DNA from: Flaccisagitta enflata
Lineage: Eukaryota
Reading direction: 5' to 3'
DNA length: 64,000 bases
NCBI GenBank assembly: GCA_965153355.1
Contig: OZ231126.1
Coordinates: 36,084,001-36,148,000 of the forward strand
In this document: positions 57,078 through 64,000 of the stretch, piece by piece
Layout: the number at the start of each line of letters is the position of its first letter
How positions within the stretch are numbered: the stretch's first letter is position 1
The notes under the pieces: generated by a model
Database searches by the model: none
Told to the model about the DNA's origin: nothing
The model's input: only the letters and a program-made list of their open reading frames with translations
Made by a program: the position numbers and the translations under genes

Positions 57078-58998
57078 GGCCTCAAAAGGCCATTGTTTTA
57101 TAGCGCATAAAAGTTTCTTACACTGAGAATCCCAGTCCAAAAGCCCCAAATCTTAGCGCAAAATCGGCATCAAAGCCAGATGGAATGGAATGGAAAGACC
57201 AACAGACTCAAGGCAATTCATTCCTTCTGCCCAAAAAGATGGTTGAATTCGCAAGTAAAGCTATATTAAGCAAATTGAAAAACAGAACGTTGAGGATGCC
57301 GAGGAAAGTGCTTTCTGATCAAAAAGATTTATTACCTTTCCCATTCTTCTTTATCAAGCCTCCTTATGATATGGAACTGAAAGCTAAGTGGCAATTGGTT
57401 CAAATCGCAAATGTATGCTGAAAGCCAATAAGCATTTTCAGCCATTCTTTGCATAACCCGCGTCATTCTTACCTCTGGTTGTTTTAAAAGGCTCATTTCA
57501 CACGCTGGCGGGCACAAGATATGAATCATGTTCATATTCTGTTTAAGATAGTGTAACATCAGTGTTACATTATTTTTCACCCACCGATTCGGTAAAGCGG
57601 TCTGAAAAAATACTCTATGACCTCTGATACTCTGTCCAAAATTTTTTTTCTGGTAGCACCTTCCCAAATTCATAATGTCCGTGGCCACCAGTCCACCTAT
57701 CCACCAGTCCACCAGTCCACCAGTCCACCACTTCCGCCAGTCCATGAGTCCATAAATCCACTAGTCCACAAAGCCATTTTCTCTCGTGACTTCATCAGGA
57801 CCTGAAAATTTCCAGGGTGATGTTTTTTTTTCCATTGTTTACTGCACTTTGTTACTATCTCTTTTATTACTTTATTTCCTTATCCTTCTTCTTCTTCTTT
57901 TTGGGCAGCGGCCCCAAAGGGAACAAAGTCCTGTAGGACACAGGGGGACTTTCATTCGTCCATTCGTCCATTTGTCTGTTTGTCTGTTTGTTTGTTTGTT
58001 TGTTTGTTTGTTTGTTCCCCCCTTGTGGGCCTCAATTGAGGTCTTTCAAGCCCAAAATCAGACTTCTCAGGACTCAAATCTGGCCTCTCAAGCCTCGAAT
58101 TGAGCCTATCAGGCCTCAAATTTGGCCTCTCAGGCTTTAGATCTGGCCTCTCAAGCCTCAAATTGGGCTTCATATCTACCTTTCAGGCTCAGGCCTATAA
58201 TCCACACTCTCAGGCCTCAAATCAACCCTATCAGGCTTCAAATCAGCCCTCTCACGCCCTCTCGAGCCTCAAATTAGGCCTTACAAGCCTCTCAGGCCCC
58301 TAATCAGGCCTCTCAGGCCTCAAATCCACATTATCAGGCTTTTGGTTTGCCTTACAGACCTCAAATCTGCCAACTCAGGCTTGAAATCAGCCCTCTCAGC
58401 CTTCAGATCACCCCAGCCAACTTCATCAGCCCTTAAACAAGCGTTCAGACTATCAAACGCCCTCAATCGGCCTTCTTTAGTGCCTCAACTATCTGAAGCA
58501 GGACAAACGAAAGTCCCCCTGTGTTCTACAGGACCTTGTCCCCTCCGGGGCTGCTGCCCTGCTTCCCCTCTCTCAAATTCGCAGTCATGCAAAGCTGGGC
58601 AACGGGTATCGCTAACCACATATTGCCCTTGGGCGACTGGTTCTTTTTAGTCGCGGACACACACAACTATATAATCTGCTATGTCGGTCGGTCCATCCAG
58701 CCGTCTGTCAGTCGGTTGGTAACACTTTGCTTTTTTTGGCGTTTTTAGCGTTTTAGCGTTTTGTCCCTGCCTTGCTGCTTACTTTTTCATCTTTTTTTTC
58801 TTTTCCTCTTCTTTTTCTTCTTCTTCCTCTTCTTCTTGTCCTTCTTTTTCTTTTTCTTTTTCTTTTTCTTTTTCTTTTTCTTTTTCTTTCACTTTTTCTT
58901 TTTCTTTCTCTTTTTCTTTTTCTTCTTCTTCTTCTTCTTCCTCTGCTTCTTTTTCTTCTTTTTCTTCTTTTTCAAAAACACACGTCATTTCTTAAGAA

Positions 58999-59209
58999 AC
59001 AAGGCCGGATACACGGCTACCCCAGTCGCGTGCGGGTGGGCAGGGGCCATAATTGAGGTCACCAGATCATTTGGGCAGGAGCAGTGAGGCCAAAAACCAC
59101 AAAAACCCAAAAAAAGTAAAGTGTGACGAACGGACGGACGGATGGACGGACCGACGGACGGACGGACGGACCGACAAAGCGGGGTGTAGAGTCGCGTAGC
59201 ACGCGACTA
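58999..59209 (-). mobile_element. Helentron-associated (DINE-1/HINE-like) element, family A
   Basis: 5' hairpin TAGTCGCGTGCTACGCGACT, (GTCC)n tract, 3' subTIR CACGCGACT, terminal hairpin GCCG..CGGC and CTTGT end. Absent from copy 1, no TSD. Confidence 0.82.
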
Positions 59210-60380
59210 ACAAGGCCTGATACTCGGCTCCTTCGGTCGCCTGTGGGTGGGTAAGGCCGTAAGGGCAGTGATTGAAGTCAATACGGGCAGGATTCCGGTT
59301 GGAGAAAATCTCAATTGAAAGGGTTTTGAGAAAAAAATGGGACCCATCACAGATTTTTGCACAGGGGAACTAGAAAGCCTGTAGAATCCGATTCTGTCAT
59401 TCATTTTGACCTCAACTGAGCAAAAAAATCAGAAATGGTTTTTTGTGTAAAAAATTGAGTTTTTTGCCATTAAAACACTAATTTTTCAATATTTTTTGCT
59501 GATTCGATTTTTAGTGTATTTACACGATTTTTGCTTATTTTGAAAGTTTGCACTTTGATCTCATTCGCATATTGCGGTTTCGCGTTTTTCACCTGTAACA
59601 TGTATGCTTTCTTAAGTACATCAATGAAATTCACACTGACAGCATATCTTACCCTAAGAAACTGTTCCAAAATATCAGTTTTTTTATTCTTTAATTTTTG
59701 GGTCATTTCTTCATATTTGAGGATTTTAATGCTATTTTTGAGCCTCTTAGACCTAAACAAAATTGTTCCAGGTTCACTAAAATATCAATTGCTATTGGTA
59801 CTTGAAGTTTCTGTAAAAATAAATCCAAAATGTTTCATTCTATACTATTTTTTTATGAAAAATAGCTGTTTTTGGCACAAAAATATGTTTCAAATTTTTT
59901 TGGCTCAAGTTAGGTCAAAATGGATATCAGAATTTTGTTCTACAGCCTTTATAGGTCCCCTGAGCAAAAATCTGGGATGGGTCCTTTTTTTTTTTTTTTA
60001 GCTTTCTGCAAGTGGGATTCCTGTCCGAATAGAGCGTTTGGGCAAGAGCAATGCGGCTATAGACCACACACACAAAAAAAAAGAAATAATAATGTTTTAC
60101 AAACCGACCAACTGAGGGACCAACAAAGCGAGGTGTAGAGAAATTACAAATTACAAATTACAAATTACAAATTACAAATTACAAATTACAAATTACAAAT
60201 TACAAATTACAAATTACAAATTACAAATTACAATATCGAAGAAACCGGCAGTTTTGTTTTCCTTTTCTGGACAGGCGAGAGATAATGAAGGGGTTTAAGT
60301 GTACACTTCAGTAAAGAAGCACTCAGACGTGGTTAGAATCTTCTTCTCACATGCTTTTATTAGGCCACAAAATGTGGTAG

Positions 60381-61337
60381 CTACAACTTTCTTAAGAATT
60401 TGTACAAGGAAACTGCGCCAATGACCGTCATTTCTATCAAGGTTACCCAAGAAGGGTCCACATAATCAAGCCACTCAACCTTTTCAGCATAATTTTCTAT
60501 ACAAATATCGGCCTCGGAAAGTTCGATTTCGACATTTTCCATCAAGTGTTGTTTATAACATCGATGCATTTCTACCCCATGAACGCTGAGGATCACTCTA
60601 TCAACGAGGTTGACGATAGATAAAAGTAGTTGAGACGTGACCAGGGCTACGGCGATGGAACAAAGGTAAATGTTGCGCATTTTGAGCCTTGGGCACGCCC
60701 TGGACACGAACTTGTTACTTTCCAAAATAGAATGAATGACATGGACGCCGGAAAAACAACAGTAGAAAGTGGAGGCGCAACTGATTATGGACTCAATCGG
60801 TTGTAAAGGATACACGACGTAAATGACGCTCTCTGAAACATTGGAATACACGAAAAGTACCGCTTCCGATACCTTGCACATGGTAACGAACAGCAGGCAT
60901 AGCATAACGTTTTTAACTATATTGTTCTTACCATCTCCCTTCTCATAATCACAGGTGCATTTGTACAATAAGTTCAAGAACACCACGGAAATGATTTGAA
61001 GTATGACTAAAAGTATCGAATCGATTTTTTCGAAAAAACCAGTGATGATGAAATAGACGAAATAATATGGATCTATACGCGAAGCGAAGATTCGCAGTGA
61101 GCTTCTTAAAACGAGCGCGATAGTCTTGGCTCGATACGTGTTGCGAATGTTACCCTTACAGCTGATTTCGATGATGATCCAACCGCAAATTGCCAGAACG
61201 AGGGTGACAATGTCCATTGGCAAATGATATGTTTCGTTCACGTCAAAGCTAAGTCCGGTGTAATAAAAGGTGTCATTTCCGTGAACAGAAAAGTTAGACG
61301 TGTCATAGTAGTAATGATACAACGCATATTCTTCCAT
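60381..61337 (-). CDS. Intronless predicted 7TM membrane protein, copy 2
   Basis: Manual comparison with copy 1 gives 15 substitutions (8 nonsynonymous, 7 synonymous) and no indels. AATAAA at 60356-60361 (minus). Confidence 0.8.
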   Translation of the reverse strand: MEEYALYHYYYDTSNFSVHGNDTFYYTGLSFDVNETYHLPMDIVTLVLAICGWIIIEISCKGNIRNTYRAKTIALVLRSSLRIFASRIDPYYFVYFIITGFFEKIDSILLVILQIISVVFLNLLYKCTCDYEKGDGKNNIVKNVMLCLLFVTMCKVSEAVLFVYSNVSESVIYVVYPLQPIESIISCASTFYCCFSGVHVIHSILESNKFVSRACPRLKMRNIYLCSIAVALVTSQLLLSIVNLVDRVILSVHGVEMHRCYKQHLMENVEIELSEADICIENYAEKVEWLDYVDPSWVTLIEMTVIGAVSLYKFLRKL

Positions 61338-61401
61338 TATCAAAAAGGGATTCCGCCAAATCTGTTTGATAAAGTTGAGATGCCTCGACAGATATGATTA
61401 T

Positions 61402-61440
<39 letters not shown>

Positions 61441-63763
61441 AATTGTTTGTTGGTCAGTTTGTTGGTCCAAAACTCGATGCTTTCCAGCCATAATGACATT
61501 CTTACCTGATGCCTATGCACAATGTTATGGTATTCGGGGCTATAGGAGAATCAGTTTGTTTGTTTGTTCTTTTTTTTCAACTGATTTTGCTCATTAAATT
61601 TCTCTGGTGAAATGTCGTCTTTGATTGCAGCGTCTTTTGGAGTGCTGATTCAACTTTGACGGTTTATCCCGAAGAGGATAGTAAAGTATACAATGAACAA
61701 CGAAGTGAAAAAAAAAAATCCTCACCCGCAAAGACAGACTTTAGAAGGCTGCTTCTCTAATGCGGTTACACAGATATGAGAAAATCCTATTTTAAAAGAA
61801 AAAGCTCTCTGCCAATCTTGCAATTTTGACTTTCCTCTTCTTAGTAGATTTTCTTAAAGTGATTTTGTCAATTTTTCAATATTTCCATATTGATTTTCAA
61901 AAAAATTATCCTTCAAAGCAAGGATTTTCATGTTTGAAATGGAAAACACCGTTTCGCCATAGCCCATCGTTTATTCCGACAAAAAATGTCTTTTTTGAAG
62001 GACGATTTCCCAATCATTTAATCTTTTATCACTAAATCTTTTTTCTCATGATAAGACCTGAATTTTGAACATTTTAAATCACTTACCAAGCGACACTTAA
62101 GAAAGTGTGTCCTTACATATGTAGGCCCATCACTCACCAACCCTACCCATGGGGGAAGACGTACAACGATGGTTGCCTTGGTGAACCCCATATTCACTAC
62201 CTTCTGGGTCCTAATTTTTTTCTTCTTTTTGTTAGCTTTTTTTTTCATCTTTCGAAAAGATGCAAAAAACCCCCATCATAGTTGTCAGGATTGATGTGCT
62301 GATTTGGAAAAATTCTAATGAGCTCAACAAGGCAATTATTAATGTACTTCTAATCTAACAACACTTGCTAGAGAAAATAAACAAAGGAAAAGTTCATAAC
62401 TATCGATCATCTGCGATAAGATGCATCAAAAGCGAATGATAACGCATCCAGAAACGAGGCGTGCATGTGGGTGTAAGCAGGGAGGTAGGAACCATATTTT
62501 TCATTGAGCAGGGGAAGATTAGTGAAAAACATTAGACATTAACTAATGAAATCAGGAAAACGAATGAAGCTTGAATAACTATTGGACAGCCCCCAGGGAT
62601 GAAGGAAACAAGTCCAGGCGGGCAATTCGATGCGTCATCTGCGTAATATCAGATGAGGCGTAACAGACCGACGGACGGATGGACGGACGGACCAACGAAC
62701 GGACGGACGGACGGACGGACGGACAGACCCTCTAATAGAGATGCGATGTCGCATCTAAAAAGACGGATAAAAGCCGATATAACCCTCTGTAATATCAGTA
62801 CATATCATAACCCAAGCTATCAGTGACTAATGACATATCAGAAGACATCAATGACAAGAGACCAAAGAAAGGGGAGAGACGGGTATAATTGGGCAATGGT
62901 ATAGCAACAAGCAACGGTATCCAATGACGTAACAGCGCAATGGAGAGGTAACTGTATCTACCTATCATAGGCTTCTGTCAGCAGCTCTTGGGCTTTCACT
63001 GGCTAATGTCAGCTGCCAGAGCTTCACACGAGGTCGGAAAAAGGTAAGACAAAAGGAGAGAAGGGCAAGGCCAAGGAGGATACGTCAAAGCCGGCTCAAC
63101 AAATGTTTCTCAAAGCAAGAAGGCTGAACTACAAAGGTACAGTAAATTGATGACTTTATGCATAAATAGGTAGCAAACTGATTATTGAATATTGAATATT
63201 GAATATTGAATATTGAATATTGAATATTGAATATTGAATATTGAATATTGAAAATCAAAATTTGAAAATCAAAAATATAATATTCAAAAATGATTAATCT
63301 ATAATGGTGTTTCCAAAACATTCCATTTTCTCCCAATTCTATCAAAAAAGTGACTGATATGATAGACTTTACATGAAGTACCATGTATTTACCATATGCT
63401 TAGTATCAAAAATCGAGAAATGTGCTTTCCGATAAATGACTTTCATCTTTTTGATCCGACTTGACAAAACCATTTACTTGCGAGTTGCGACTCTGTAAAC
63501 TGCCGGGTCGGTTAGGATTAGCAAAGAATGACCTAAGTTATCTGTTCGCCGATATGGATAGGTAAAATGTGTGAATGAATGGTAGAAGCCCAGATAAAAA
63601 ATCCAATAACACTCTGCGACTTGAAAGCATTTGCAGCAAGTTTTAAGAAAATAACCAAGAAATCAGAAGCCTTTTTTAAGGGGACTCAATTTAGAAAATA
63701 TCCCTCTAAATTCTTTGTAAACTTTGGAGGCTTGCTGCGGATAGTTATAGGTCGTAGTTTTTT

Positions 63764-63905
63764 TAGTCGCGGACACCCGACTCTATCAGCCACTTTGTCG
63801 GTCCGTTGGTCGGTCCGTCGGTCGTTCCGTTACAAAGTCCCTTTTTGAGGTTTTCCGCTCCTGCCCACCCGTCCGCGACTAATGTTGCCGTGTATACGGC
63901 CTTGT
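63764..63905 (+). mobile_element. HINE family A insertion
   Basis: Same architecture, inserted in a T-run. Absent at ~11371 in copy 1. Confidence 0.8.
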
Positions 63906-64000
63906 TTTCTTCCCAAGGCGAAGTGTCGGCCCATCTATATGTCCATATGTTCGTCCCTAAAAAAAGCGTAATGATTCTTGTGCGTAAATGTTTTTTGAGA

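Larger units (their letters stand above)
57078..64000 (+). repeat. Direct segmental duplication, copy 2
   Basis: Matches 3974-11466. It lacks the Penelope insert and carries two extra HINE insertions (58999-59209, ~63764-63905). Confidence 0.95.

Overview
This is repeat-dense, AT-rich eukaryotic DNA, most likely from an invertebrate animal, with a 10-N assembly gap at 596-605. No prokaryotic features, rRNA, tRNA or CRISPR arrays were recognised. (1) A ~7 kb direct duplication (3974-~11466 vs 57078-64000) carries, in each copy, an intact intronless ~318-aa predicted 7TM orphan gene. The copies differ by three TE insertions, one a 5'-truncated Penelope-like element with a 12-bp TSD and a minimal hammerhead ribozyme. 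(2) A ~10.7 kb BEL/Pao LTR retrotransposon (minus strand, ~46385-57077) has a very large polyQ-rich gag N-terminus, a frameshifted pol, a ~1.7 kb extra ORF-like region after integrase and no 3' LTR. Its LTR terminus coincides with the duplication edge. (3) Two phase-compatible exons encode an XK-related-like membrane protein (42926-43085, 44331-44603), and there is a frameshifted C-type lectin exon (~33600-34017). (4) Non-autonomous DNA elements are abundant: two Helentron/DINE-1-like families, hAT MITEs with 8-bp TSDs, an element with a 10-bp TSD, a TA-flanked palindromic MITE, and a ~5 kb foldback element whose arms are built of ~320-330 bp repeats. Most short ORFs in the track are microsatellite translations. 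All family calls come from motif recognition by eye; no searches were run.
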